The position numbers were made by a program, and so were the translations under genes. 64,000 nt of DNA from assembly GCA_951406725.2 (NCBI GenBank), contig OX597833.1:54870001-54934000 (forward strand), written 5' to 3'. This stretch comes from Octopus vulgaris. Its lineage: Eukaryota. The notes under the pieces were generated by a model. That model was given only the letters and a program-made list of their open reading frames with translations. It ran no database searches and was not told where the DNA came from. Shown here one piece after another: positions 24,664 to 38,306 of the stretch. Numbering within the stretch: the stretch's first letter is position 1; every line of letters starts with the position of its first letter.

Positions 24664-24982
24664 ATATATACATACTCATATATATACTTACATGCACAAA
24701 ACACACATGTATGCACACACAGATACACACATATAAATACACATGTGTGCGTGCACACACACACAGAGAAATATCTATCTTGACTAAAGGCAGTGCTCCA
24801 GCATGGCCACAGTCACATGACTGAAACAAGTAATAGTAAAAAGAGTATTAGGTTTCTTTTTTGATCAGATCAGTCGGAACTAGAAAACAGTGCAGCCGTG
24901 TTCGGTCACTGGACGTGTCCACAAAGTTAACATGTGGCCTACATTGGAGTATCTAGAATTGTGGCTGTTGCTGCTACATGTA

Positions 24983-25194
24983 TGAGGAGTTGCTGAAAAG
25001 TTCCTGGCTTTGGGTAAAAGAAAATACAGGAGGATCATTTAATTATGATTTTATCCAACATATTCCTGGCTCTGATTTGCACACTTATTGCAACGGTCCT
25101 TCAGTTTTTCTAAGCCTTGTAAAAGAACTCAGAAGGCTGAGCCTCCAACCTGGCCCTTTGTGATACCCTTAAAACACTTTTCAACACCCTCTTG
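24983..25194. mobile_element. mariner-like MITE
   Basis: TA-TGAGGAGTTGCTGAAAAGT ... ACTTTTCAACACCCTCTTG-TA; sibling at 43635-44258. Confidence 0.7.
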
Positions 25195-25299
25195 TACACT
25201 GATTGTACACTATAATCTCTCCTAAAAGGCTATTCAACTATTTTGCAGACTTGCTCATCATCATGCTACAGCTTTTGGATCACAATGCCGTTGCTTTTC

Positions 25300-25445
25300 T
25301 CTGAAGGATATTGAAACTGTGATTCATGTTGTCAACTTGCAGAAAAGTGCAATCCTGTCTTCTGCAAGAGTCTCAAGAAAGATTCTTGGGATTTGAGGAG
25401 ACTTTATTTTCAGCAAACCTCAAGATAACATCCCTGCTAACTAAT
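25300..25445 (+). mobile_element. 3' remnant of an RLE-type (R4/Dong-like) LINE
   Basis: Translates ...VVNLQKSAILSSARVSRKILGI*, resembling the QK..LLGTA.ILRK.L C-terminus of this group. Confidence 0.5.
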
Positions 25446-25507
25446 ATAGCATGTAATAGCTTTGTTGTTGTTGTTGTTGTTCACATTACTGTCAAATATA
25501 ATGTTTA

Positions 25508-25702
25508 TGTTGTGTGGACGCCCCCAGATGATAAGCAGGCTAGTCCAATGCATATGGAGGTGATAGCTAGACGAGAAGCGTTGAGTAGAGCGAGCCGGAG
25601 CCATTGGTAGTCTGGATGTCGAGTCGTCGGAAGTGAGAGTTCAGTAGTTGAGCAGAGGTACGTTATTAGTGAAGGCACGCCATCCGAACGTGCGATATAA
25701 CA
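25508..25702. mobile_element. Probable solo LTR (195 bp)
   Basis: TGTTGTGT...ATATAACA termini, gttta/attta flanks, CpG-rich, interrupts a TTAA-type MITE. Confidence 0.55.
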
Positions 25703-26475
25703 ATTTATTTATCACATGACTTTGAGATTTTCATGATGTGTGATTTGTTAATTTTTAGAACGACATTGTAGGGTAAGTATGAGAGGCTGGATCTGGCCAG
25801 TTTGGATATAAAACAGGTGGAATATTTGGACTGGAAATGGCTAATTTAAGTACTAAAGGGTTAAAGTTTATATAATTAAGAGCCTTCTACTTCTTGTTTA
25901 CCAGGAAATCATTCTGAGTTTTAATACAATTTTGCAAGATTGTTTTATGATTAAAATCTCTGCCAGTAAAAAATATATTTTATAATTTAATTAGTTTATT
26001 AGCTGATTGGTTTAAATTCTTATTTATATATATTACAAGGCAAGTGAAGTTGCACTCACTACCACATTTTATTTTTTAATCTTTTTTTACTGGGTTGTGT
26101 GGCAAAGGATTAAAGTTAAAACTTCATTAAAAGGATTAAGCTTAATTAGATTTACATGCATGCTATGTTTCCTTCAGTTGTAGACTGGAAGTAGCCTGAG
26201 TAATTTTTGATATGCTCTAAATTAGCCCTGGTTGAGTATACCTATGGTAAAAGGCTTATTATGACTTATTCCTCCTCTCCTCAGATTTTTGTGCCCTGGA
26301 TTATATTCATCAATTGTATCCTTTAGAAAGGGGCTCTCAATCATTTTGTTACCTGTGGACCCCTTTGATTTCTATTTTACATGGGTGGACCCTCAGAGGC
26401 ATTTGATGTTTAAAAAAATCCTATTATATTTGTATGCTTAAATTACATAAAAAATATTCAAATATTTTGTGTATA

Positions 26476-26635
26476 GGCGCAGGTGTGGCTGTTTGGTAAG
26501 AAGCTTGCTTTCCAGCCACGTGGGTTCTCGGTTCAGTCCCACCTCGTGGCACCTGGGTATGTGTCTTCTACTTTAGCCTCAGGCCAACCAAGGCCTTATG
26601 AGTGGATTTGGTGGACAGAAACTGAAGAAGCCTGT

Positions 26636-26695
<60 letters not shown>

Positions 26696-26910
26696 CGTCA
26701 TCGTTTAACATCCGTTTTCCATGCTAGCATGGGTTAGACAGTTCAGCCGGACTCTTGTAAGCCAGAAGGCTGCACCAGGCTCCAGTCTGATCTGGCAGTG
26801 TTTCTACAGCTGTATGCCCTTGCTATTGCCAACCACTCTGTGAGTGAAGTGGATGCTTTTTATGTGCCACTGGCACAGGTGCTAGGGGAGGCTGACAACA
26901 GTCACGATCT
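26476..26910. mobile_element. SINE A head (+) followed, across (TA)n, by the family C 3' part (-)
   Basis: Head at 26476-26640; CATCGTTTAACATCCGTTTTCCATGCTAGC module at 26692-26910. Confidence 0.75.
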
Positions 26911-26917
26911 CTCTCTT

Positions 26918-26951
<34 letters not shown>

Positions 26952-27169
26952 GTTTTCTGTATCAAACAGACTGGCAATCAAACATTCTGCTCACTCTATC
27001 TTGTATGTCATTAACGCATTGTAGCATGGTGTATTTAAGACTCGAGGGCTGACCACATAATTTGAGGGGCATTTGGCTGCTGTTTCTAGCAAGTTGAGCA
27101 AACTATGTAGAGGCTTGCTCTGTTTGCTTGTGGATATTCACATTATATATAATGATAAATGTCGCCCTT

Positions 27170-27465
27170 TTCAAGCCTAGCCAAGCTCATGGGTTCGGTT
27201 TCCCGGTTTCTGTGGCATATGTGTTCTCCCCAGCTGGTCAGGACGCCAGTCTAATGCAGTGTTACTCAAGAAACAGGAAGAAAGAGTGAGAGAAGGTTGT
27301 GGCGAAAGATTACAACAGGGGTCGCCGCCACCCCCTGCTGGAGCCTCGTGGAACTTTTAGGTGTTTTTGCTCAATAAACACACGCGACACCCGGTCTGGG
27401 AATCGAAACCACGGTCCTCCGACTGTGAGTCTGCTGCCCTAACCACTGGGCCATTGCACCTCCAC
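27170..27465 (-). mobile_element. tRNA(Arg)-like-headed SINE (family D, octopus OR-type)
   Basis: Reverse complement GTGGAGGTGCAATGGCCCAGTGGTTAGGGCAGCAGAC...GGTTTCGATTCCC with A and B boxes. Confidence 0.85.
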
Positions 27466-28166
27466 ACACACACATAGACATACATGTGCATGTGTTTACT
27501 TCTCCCTCTCAAATTAGGCACTGTAAATATGTGTGGGTGGTGTGCTTTTGTCTATGTGGTAGGTAGAAAAAGCAATGTTTATGGACAACAGGTATAGTTG
27601 TTTGGATCAACACTGATATATAATAGTGGTATGTCGTTGACTGATTCTTAGTCTGAAGAAGTAGGAATGAAATTACATACTTTAATATATATATAATCCC
27701 TTGTTCTGCTGCCTTAGTCATTTTAAACTACCCTAATCTTTCTAATATTTATATGCGTGTATAAATGCACACACAAACTATATACCAGCTATATTTCTTT
27801 TTAATTATCATTGAACTAAGCAAGGGCAGACTCAAAGACACACAATCAACATAGGCTAGTCATTGGTGACTTCATGATACGACTTAGACGCGGTCATAAG
27901 CCGAGGAAGTTTTAGGGGATTCAAGATTTGGGTTTGATAGGGGGAATCCTGGCTTGAGTTTGTTCTTATTCGAAGTCACTGCCTCCCTTGATGTGTTGAA
28001 GGATCATGCCATTTGCTCATATGCCTCTGGAGCCCCACTAAAACAGGGACTGTCTGAAAAGGATGTCAAGTAATATTGTGTGTGCGCGTGTGTGTGTTTG
28101 TGTGTTGTGTGAATATAAATTAAATATATGCTTATACATGAGTGATCAGCTTTAGAATATTTTATG

Positions 28167-28250
<84 letters not shown>

Positions 28251-28252
<2 letters not shown>

Positions 28253-28394
28253 CAGAGTTTCACGTTCCTGTTCATGAAACTCTGAGTAACAGCATTCGTT
28301 ATATTTCTGCTGCTTTTAAATAAAGCATTTTACTCTACCTCTGGTATCTGAGTACTCTTTTTTCCACCTTGTTTCACATTTATGTGCTTACTCC

Positions 28395-28397
<3 letters not shown>
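28251..28397 (+). mobile_element. Third copy of the 7372-7600 element, with a partial inverted hammerhead junction
   Basis: CAGAGTTTCACGTTCC..TTCAT-GAAACTCTGAGTAACAG followed by the shared tail; flanked by (TA)n on both sides. Confidence 0.8.
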
Positions 28398-28445
<48 letters not shown>

Positions 28446-29111
28446 TCACAGCATTGAGTATTTTAACTCTTATTTCTAGTAATGTATATATATCCCTTGA
28501 AGGCAAGCAGTGCCTTGTTATGTTCATAATCTAGAGAATTAGATACAGTCCCTGTATAGACAAGTGAGCAGGGGTGGGGAAAGCAGTGGAAAAACACAAA
28601 TTAGTAGATGGTAGGGTACCAGATGTCATTGTATAATGAAATTAGCCAGATGTGGGTTGAATCTGTTTGTCTCCCACCTGGCATCCAGTCTTTATCTCTG
28701 CCTCTTTCATTCTTGGCACATGTTCCAGCATTTAATGCCTGTGTGTTTGTATGTGTGTGTGTGTGGGGTGTGGGGTGGGGAGGGGTGGGGGTGAATAATC
28801 ACTGCTCTCCCCCAAAATAATTAATAACTGAATTAAAATTAGTTTAATGTCAGTGAAACTTCTGTTGACATATATTGACATGGAGAGGGAGGTGGTGGTG
28901 GTGGGGGGGAGAGGAGTACTGAATTGTACAAAGAGCTGACTGAGTGGGAGTGAGGGGGTGGGGGTGGGAGCAAAATAGAACCAAGCCAGTTGTGATAGAG
29001 CAGACCCCGTGAGATAGCAAGCATTCCAGCCATGCCCATCCCATCTCAGTTTTTTTAGAACTTTATCAAATGTATCTTTTTTTTTTAAGGGGTAAGGGAC
29101 TAATTTAACTA

Positions 29112-29581
29112 CTGTAAATCCTCGAGTATAGTCTGCCCTTGAGTATAATACACAGGAGATTTTTAGGGAGCTGTACCTCTGAAAAACCTAAACCTTGTGT
29201 ATAATATGCACCCCTTCTCTAACTTGAGTCAAGGAGGTCTATATAACGTCCTTGGTTTGTAAAAAAACGTCCTTTATTATTATTGTATATATAACATAAT
29301 GCAAATGTGTAGCTTTTTTGTGCATTTTGTTTGCAGAAAATAAAGAAATAACAGTAATAACGTTTAATAAATGTTGCTAACTACAAGTTATGGATGATTT
29401 AAGGTATTTTCGTGCCCAACATCACAAAATGCGTCTGAATAAACATTGTTGGACAGCAAATAGAGACTCAGACATTGCTTAGAAAATAATTTTCATTTTT
29501 AACCTCGTATATAGTATGCACTAGGGATTTTGACCTTTAAATTTTGGGGAAAAAATGTGGATTATACTCGAGGATTTACAG
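29112..29581. mobile_element. pogo/Tigger-like MITE
   Basis: TA-CTGTAAATCCTCGAGTATA ... TATACTCGAGGATTTACAG-TA perfect TIR core. Confidence 0.85.
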
Positions 29582-30699
29582 TATTTGCTTGTCCAAAGTA
29601 TTTTCATAAGCTTATTCTAAATTCCCATGTTTGTTTTCAAGCTTTTGGTTAACCCTTCCTTCATAAATTCTGAGAAAAATATAAAGCTTTCCTTTCATAA
29701 GTCTCGTGTTACTCCAGTGGTTCAAAAAAAAAAGAAACACATGGAGAATGTGTTATCTTATATGATAAATAGAAGCCATGGAGCTATGTCCTGTGTATTG
29801 CATGTGATGCACTAGACAGGCAAAAAGTTAACCATTTAGCATTCAAATTATTTTGTCAAATGTGATGCTTATTTATTCACATTGTTTTGATTTAATCAGG
29901 CATTATCTTGTTGCTTTGAGATTATGGTGGTACGACTTGTTTATTTTTAGAATAACATTGTAGGGTAGGTGTGAAAGGCCAGATCCTGTTGATTTGAACA
30001 TAGAACAGGTGGAATATTTCATCCAGGTATGGTTCGTTTAAATTGGTGATTCCCAAACTTTTTTGGGGCAGTTGCCCTCTTGGTGCCTGGGCCACATTCC
30101 TAGACCGCCCCCCGCCCCCAACCAAACATATACCATTTTCTACAGCATATTCAGAACAACTGTATTTCACAAACAAAAACTTGACCTAATTAACCGACCC
30201 AGTAATATGTTTGCTTTTACATTTGTCACCCTCTTTTGGGTACATTACTGCCTACAGCAGACCCAAAAGTGGCGCTGCTCTAATAAAAGTGCTGCCCTCT
30301 CCAGCCACACAAGTGCCACCCGTGAATCTTCATATATAAAAATTACACCGAGGAGATTGTTGCCCACAAACAATGGATTTATATAATTTTATTATGGGTA
30401 AGACTCACAATAATTGTATGTAATTTATATTTAATATTTATTATTTATTATATTGTTATATTATTATAAGAATATCATATAGTACTATGCTAATAAATTT
30501 TAAATTCCAATTTCTGAATTGGCAATTGTTATATGTATATATCCCCATTTTTAAAATTTATTTTTATAAATTTGATATATACCCATGTAATTTGTAAGGC
30601 TTTCTCTGCAAAATTGGGTATTTAACAGTAGAGCCAGTGAAAGATTGGATGTTTTTCATCCCTATTTTACATACATATGTGTATGGATATATATATATA

Positions 30700-30868
30700 T
30701 CATCATCATCATCATCATCATCATCGTTTAACGTCCGCTTTCCATGCTAGCATGGGTTGGACGGTTCAACTGGGGTCTGGGGAGCCCGAAGGCTGCACCA
30801 GGCCAGTCAGATCTGGCAGTGTTTCTACAGCTGGATGCCCTTCCTAACGCCAACCACTCCGAGAGTGT
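30700..30868 (-). mobile_element. Family C 3' fragment with (GAT)n tail
   Basis: (CAT)n-CGTTTAACGTCCGCTTTCCATGCTAGCATGG...GGATGCCCTTCCTAACGCC. Confidence 0.85.
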
Positions 30869-30898
30869 ATATATATATATATTTTTTTTTTTTTCAAT

Positions 30899-31189
<291 letters not shown>

Positions 31190-31999
31190 GTTTAAAAGCA
31201 ACAACAACAAAAACAAAATACAAATTACAAGAATGTATATAACCAGAAGATACAAATATTACAGGCATCCCCCCCACACACACACTAAATAAACATAGAC
31301 GCACATAGAGATATAAGCATGCGCAAATGAAGACATACAATAGAAATACAAAATGGCTGATGGTTAGTAAGGAGAGACACAAGTAAGTGAGAAGAAAACA
31401 AAGGACCACTGATGCGGTCACAGGAGTGTGACGAAAGAACTTTGGCCGAAATAAGATTAAGATTAATGTAAAAAATAAATATCACTGAAGCAAAATAACA
31501 CCAAATATATAGTGCGTGTGTTTTTATTGGCTAAACTGGCAATATGACCATTCCGAAATATATATATATATATACATACAATAATGAAACTGGGAAACCT
31601 GGTCCAATGGTCTCTTTGGAGTATCGTGGATGAACCATGAAGATTTGAACATCACAACAACCATTTTATTCTTTTCCGAAAACATGAGGATAGTGGAACC
31701 CCACTGTCTTATCCTCAACAAAAAATACTGTTTCCATGTGTGTGTGAGGAAGCTATTGTATGGAATAAAAAAAGGAAGAGGAATGCGTATGTTAACCACA
31801 CAGATTACAACTGGAGTTCTGTACTGTGGTGGCGAGAGTGGTGGCTGTTATATAGGTTTGGAGCTGTAGCTAAAATAAATACCCAGACTGAAATAGGATT
31901 TCATGTTAATCCTTCACTGAGAAGTCTTGCTAAGTTAATATGATTATTGACAAGTAGATTAAGCTTTGGTTCTGATTCATGTAGAAATACACACAAAGC

Positions 32000-32185
32000 C
32001 TTACACACATACATGTGCACACACACACACACATGTGCGCGCATATAGATACACACATACACACATATGCCTATTTATATATGCATGTATGTATATATAT
32101 ATATATGTGTGTGTGTGTGTATGTGTGTATATATATATATATACACACACACATATATATACATATATATATATACATATATATG

Positions 32186-32220
<35 letters not shown>

Positions 32221-32245
32221 GTGTATATATGTATATATATATATG

Positions 32246-32294
<49 letters not shown>

Positions 32295-32522
32295 GTGTAT
32301 ATATGTATATATATATGTGTGTATATATGTATATATATGTGTATATATGTATATATATATATGTGTATATATGTATATATATATATATGTGTATATATGT
32401 ATATATATATATGTGTATATATGTATATATATATATGTGTATATATATATATATGTATATATCTGTATATATATATATATCTGTATATAATATGTATATA
32501 TACATATATATGTACACACACA
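32000..32522. repeat. Long compound (TA)/(TATATG) microsatellite
   Basis: Seen directly in the sequence. Confidence 0.95.
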
Positions 32523-34027
32523 ATATGTAAAAAGATGATGGTGATATATTTTTATGTGAATACCTGTATGTGGCCATATCTATGAGCGTGGTTATATTTT
32601 TCTTAGTATTACCAAATATATATACCTAGATATACTTTTTATCATATACATACATATATATATATATATATATTTATGCACACGCCGATCACAGATTCTT
32701 TTTTCATATTTTTTCTTCCAAGTAATTGCAGTTGGATTATCAATAGATTGTCTTTGTGCCTGTTGCGTTAGCTGGTGGTGGTCGTGGTGATGATGATGAT
32801 GACGATAGCAATGATGATAGCCATTGTAAAGTGGAAGAGAGAGAGATAGAGACAAGATTTAATTAATAATTTTCAGATGGTCCATTGCTCCGCTTTGATT
32901 CTCTTACCGAATGAGAGTTATTGAGAGTGACATTTGGAAACAAAGGGAGATAAATAAAATAGAACAAAACAAAACAAAACAAAATAAAATGAATTGAAAT
33001 ATAAAAAAAAAAATAAAATAAATAAAACATCGGATATAAAATATAAATACTAAAACTAACAAAAAAACAAAACAAACTGAAAATTACCAGAAGATATATA
33101 CATAGAGAGAGAGAGAGAGGGGGGAGGATGGAGGGAGGTGGGTAAGAAACATTGTTTGGATTATGAAACCAGCTGTAAATTATAATGTTTTAACGTTTTT
33201 ATTCGTTAGGAAATCAATATTGTTCTTGTAAAAATCTACATGTTAAAATTTGCTGACTTTAAAAGACGGGGGTTCTTTCTATTTCATTTTTATTACTGTG
33301 GTTTCCTTTCTTTCTTTATTTATTTAATTATTATTATTATTATTATTATTTTTAAATCTGACAATTAAAAAAAATTTTTTTCTATTTTTTTTTTTACTAT
33401 TTTTTTTTTTTTGGTTTTAATGAAAGATTCTATGCACTGTCAATAAGTTCAACGTGCTTTAAAGAGCTACATTAATTATATCTCAAAGCATGATAATAAA
33501 CACTGAAGAAATGTTCCACTGTACTCCCCTCCCCCTCCCACCTCTATCACACCTCACTCCCCTTCCCCCTCTTTCCAAACCTTTAACCGAAAATAAAACA
33601 CAAAAAAACACAATAGAACCACAAGTGCATATAAAGAAGTTTTTCCTGGCTGATGGAGTTTAACGAGATGTTGTTGGTAGGAATTAGCGTACTGGTATGA
33701 AACAGGTATGGCTGTACATTTAAGACAATTTCTTTGTGGATTAGAAACTTCAGGTTCAATCCCACTGCGTCATCACTTAATTTTCCCCCGCTGGCATGGG
33801 TTGGACAACTTGGACTGGAGCTGGCAAGGCTAGGGTGTCACACCAGGTTCTGTAGTCTGTTTTGGCATGGTTTCTATTTATCATTTTACTCTGAGGCTCA
33901 GGTGGAGGGTGACGTTACACACAACGGCTCAAGTTTGAGAGGCTAAATGACCGAAGCATGTTAGCTTTGAATGGATGGTCTAACTAAACATGTTCATACT
34001 TCATGAGTGATGCTATTGTGCAGTGTA

Positions 34028-34191
34028 CCGTATTTTGACGTGCATAATGAACGCCCTAATTTTTGGGGTTTCAAATTTGGAAAAACGGTATTGTTAGGGA
34101 TTATAATACTATCCATGAATATAAGAAACTCCCATATTTTTTTAACCTAATTTTTGACAAAAAAGTGTTCCTTATACATGTTAAAATACAG
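34028..34191. mobile_element. pogo/Tigger-like MITE
   Basis: TA-CCGTATTTTGACGTGCATAA ... TTATACATGTTAAAATACAG-TA. Confidence 0.7.
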
Positions 34192-34361
34192 TAATTTACA
34201 TCCAATGTAAAATAAATATTGGAAGACAAATAAAGCACCCCCAAAATTAAATTTTGGTTGATCCAGACCAGTGCTTTGCAACTAGTGTGCCACGGAACAC
34301 TGGTGTGCCGCAGGACTGTGCTAGGTGTTTTGCTGAATTTTGGAAAGAATATAAGTGTATA

Positions 34362-34760
34362 GGTGTAGGAGTGGCTGTGTGGTAAGTAGCTTGCTTATCA
34401 ACCACATGGTTCCGGGTTCAGTCCCACTGCATGGCAGCTTGGGTGTCTTCTACTATAACCTCAGGCTAACCAAAGCCTTGTGAGTAGATTTGGTAGATGG
34501 AAACTGAAAGAAGCCCGTCGTATATATGTATATATATATATGTATGTGTGTGTATATGTTTGTGTGTCTGTGTTTGTCCTCCCATCATCACTTGACAACT
34601 GATGCTGGTGTGTTTACATCCCAGTAACATAGCGGTTCAGCAAAAGAGACCAATAGAATAAGTACTAGGCTTACAAAGAATAAGTCCTGGGGTCGACTTG
34701 CTCGACTAAAGGCATTGCTCCAGCATGGTCACAGTCAAATGACTGAAACAAGTAAAGAGT
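34362..34760 (+). mobile_element. SINE family A (a second, degenerate copy at 34928-35240)
   Basis: Full head-linker-tail structure. Confidence 0.9.
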
Positions 34761-35586
34761 GTACTGCAAGTGGGGAAAACGTCATGGCACACTAATCCAG
34801 ACAAGTGACACCTGCTGGTGGCAAAGTTTTTTTATTGTAATAATGGAGAAAAACGAAGTTTTCCTCTGAAATTCCATTGTTATTTTTACTTGCAGTGCTC
34901 TTCTGGAGGAAAAAAAAAAAAAATTAATGTGGTTGTGTGGTAAAACGTTTGCTTCCCAAACAGATGGTTCTGGGTTCAGTCTCTCTATATGACACCTTGG
35001 ACAAGTGTCTTCTTTTATAACCCGAAGCTGACCAAATCCTTGTGAGTGGATTTGGTAGATTGAAACTAAAACTCCTTGACAACCGATGTTGGTTTGTTTA
35101 CATCCCTGTAATTTAGTGGTTTGGCAAAAGAGACATATTAGAATAAGCACTAGGGTTGATTCATTCTGCTAAAACCCTTCATGGTGATGCCCCCAGCATG
35201 GTCTGCAGTCAAATGACTGAAACAAGATAAAAGAATAAATCTTCCAATTTTTGGAAATGGAATGGAACTTGCCCAAGATGTTACGGGTATGTGAGGCCGT
35301 ATTTTGAAATTGAGAAGTTCAGGAATTTTTTGAAGGTTTTGAATGTGAATGGCTATAAAAGGCTTGACAATTAACAAAAAACTAATTACAAATTAACTGT
35401 TAAAATTTCAGCTAAATGGTATTAAACATTATAAGCCCCAATTTAAGAAAGGAAATAACATGGAACCTAACGCTCTTTCCTGTCTCAGAATTAAATTTTA
35501 TAATATCTAATATCACTTACTTCAATATTTTAGCAGTTAAAGGCGGTGAGCTGGCAGAAACGTTAACATGCCGGGCAAAATGTTTG

Positions 35587-35672
35587 CTTACTTGTACTTG
35601 TACTTGTAACAGCGTTCACCCAGGGTGGGTTGAGCTGGCATCTTCTCTGTTCCTAACGGCATCACGAACCAG
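35587..35672 (-). mobile_element. Extreme 3' end of an RTE-like LINE with (ACAAGT)n tail
   Basis: Minus strand reads VRDAVRNREDASSTHPG*, similar to the end of 45203-45413. Confidence 0.6.
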
Positions 35673-36469
35673 GCACAAGAGTGGCTGTGTGGTAAGTAGC
35701 TTGCTTACCAACCACATGGTTCCGGTTCAGTCCCACTGCGTGGCATCTTGGGCAAGTGTCTTCTACCATAGCCTCGAGCCGACCAAAGCCTTGTGAGTGG
35801 ATTTGGTAGTTGATTACATCAGTTCCAGTGCTCGACTGGTATCTGTTTTATAGACCCTGGTAGGACGAAAAGCAAAGTGGACACTGGTGAGAGATTTGAA
35901 CTCTAGGTGCAAAGAATTGAAAGAAACGCTACCAAGCATCCTGTCTGATGCACCAATCATTCTGCCAGCTCTCCGCCCTTAGCAAGAATCAAAATGGTAA
36001 TCTTTTGATGTAAAAAATTTTAGATATGCCAGCAATTGAAGCATAAATACCATTATAAATTTTCTTTTCCTTTTTTTGCAGATACATAATTTATCTTAAT
36101 TGGCTCATTTATCAGAGAAGAATTTTTAATTGGTTTCCAAAATTAACTTTTTAGATGACACTAACATAGCATTCAGTATTATTATTTTTTTTATCCATAT
36201 TTGTGTTCTTTGAAGATTTCCTTTAGTTCATAATATATATTTTTGTTACAAAAAAATATATATATATATATATAGCTTACACTCCCAATTTCTAAATAGG
36301 CAAAAACTACAACAAAAAGCTTTAACTTCAAATATCTTAAAAACATATAGTGTTAAAACAAAATAACAATTTACATATTCTTTTACTTGTTTCAGGCATT
36401 AGATTGTGGCCATGCTGGAGCACCGCCTTGAAGAAATTCAGTCAAACAAATCAACTCCAGTATTTTTTA

Positions 36470-36910
36470 TAACCCTTTGGCATTCAGATTATTCTGTTCA
36501 ATGCAATGCTTATGCATTCGTGTTGTTTTGAATTACTTATGCATTAGTCTTCTAGCGTCAAGATTTTGATGAGGTGATTATTTATTTTTAAAATATCATT
36601 GTAGGGTAGAAGTGAGGGGACAGATCTAGCCAGTTTGAACATAAAAGAAGCAGGATATTTTGGTTAGATATGCTTTAGCATTTAAACCGGTCATATCTGG
36701 CCAAAAGTATTCTGCCTGTTTTATGGACAAACCGGCCAGATCTGGTCTCTCACACCAACCCTACAATATCATTTTAAAAATTAACAACTATCTCATCGAA
36801 ATCTCATAGCTACAAGATAATGCATGATTAGTTCAAAACAATGTGGATAAAAAAGCATTCATTTTGGCAGAATAATGCAAACACTAAAGGGTTAAATGCT
36901 AAAGAGTTAA
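36470..36910. mobile_element. Two TTAA-type MITEs in opposite orientation, one nested in the end of the other
   Basis: Forward body 36470-36670, reversed body 36675-36890, ending AAAGGGTTAA-ATGCTAAAGAGTTAA. Confidence 0.75.
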
Positions 36911-36999
36911 ATAAAGCTTGTTAGTTTCAGCTAAGTTATAGGGGACATAAACATGCCAATACCGGTTTGTTATTTTCACAAGCGTTTAACTTTACCATC

Positions 37000-37245
37000 A
37001 GGCACGTAGTCCACTGGTTAGGGTGTAACACTCTCAATTGTAAGATGGTGGTTTCAATTCCTAGACCAACTGGTTCATTGTGTTCCAGTCCACACAACTA
37101 TAGAGGAGTTCCAGCAATATCTAGGAAGTTAACCCTGTGATGGACTGGTGTCCCTTTCAGGGGAAGAGTGTTGTAATCTCAGTCACAGGATATGGAAACC
37201 AGTTTAACCTCCAGCCTTATTAGTCCTATGGGTCATGGTAAACTT
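37000..37245 (+). mobile_element. Old tRNA-headed SINE related to family D
   Basis: Decayed A/B boxes; CCCTGTGATGGACTGGTGTCCC..TCAGGGG module. Confidence 0.6.
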
Positions 37246-37844
37246 AAGTCCTAAGAATTTTACTACAGGTGATATTGCCAGAAAATATGGCTGCTAAATG
37301 AATTTGAGCACATATATCTATGCAATGGAAAACTGTCACTGGTTTTGAAGTGGATAGCTATGAGCTGAGCTCAACATTCTAGTCAGCCTGTGAACTATTT
37401 TACAGGAGCCATTTTTGATTTGGAAAATAAAGAACTTCAGAGTTCAGTGAGACGAGACAGCTGGTTGAGAAATCTGCAGTCCTTTGTTTTGCTACTGGCA
37501 TTGTATGTCTTTCATTCTGATACTCACCTCAAAGCATTTGTGTCCTCTTGGAGTCTCTATGTGATTGATCAGCTTTACTAGAAATAGCAGCTATTAATCT
37601 GTAATCAATTCATGTCTTGCCAATAATAAACGCACGCACGCACACACACACTGGTTCTATTTATCTTCCTTTATTATTATTTGGTTAGTCAATCAATCAG
37701 TTAGGTTTGTCAAAGTCCTTTCATTGGCATTTATGCTTTCATCAACAACATGGTCTCTGTGCTCTAGGCCTACATAAAAAAAAAAAAAAATTGTTTATTG
37801 GTCACTGTAGTTTTATGCCTATGCACAAACAAACACACACACAT

Positions 37845-37880
<36 letters not shown>

Positions 37881-37894
37881 AGAGGCATTTGGTA

Positions 37895-38203
37895 ATCCGT
37901 CCATTATGATGACGAGTGTTCCACTTGATCTGATCAAAGGAAAGATTCTGCTCGTGAAATTAATGTGAAAGTGGCTGAGTACTCCACTGACACATGTGCC
38001 TTTAATGTAGATCTCAGGCAGATTCAGTGTGGCAAGGCTGTCCTTTTGAAATACTGGTACTACTCATTTTGCCGCCTGAGTGGACTAGAGAAATGAGAAG
38101 TAAAGTGTCTTGCTTAAGGACTCAGCATGCTGTTGGGTATTGAACGCATGACTTTACAATCATGATCTGAATACCCTTTACCACTAATCCATGCATCTTT
38201 CAC
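37895..38203 (-). mobile_element. Old family D variant with CORE-like segment
   Basis: Tail shared with 57795-58179; reverse complement contains GTCCTTAAGCAAGACACTT; another old copy at 61935-62255. Confidence 0.65.
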
Positions 38204-38306
38204 AAATGAAAGGACAGGAGAGTCATGGCTGGGACGTCTTTGATGGTAGATCATAGGAATTGCTCAATTATGGCTGACATGGCGCTAAGCAACAACCCCA
38301 CCCCAG

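Noticed and set aside
31966-32585. Long ORFs (up to 174 aa) in all six frames
   Set aside because: They are translations of (TA)/(TG) microsatellite that lack stops by composition; the same applies at 11.2-11.6, 20.0-20.6 and 53.3-53.6 kb.
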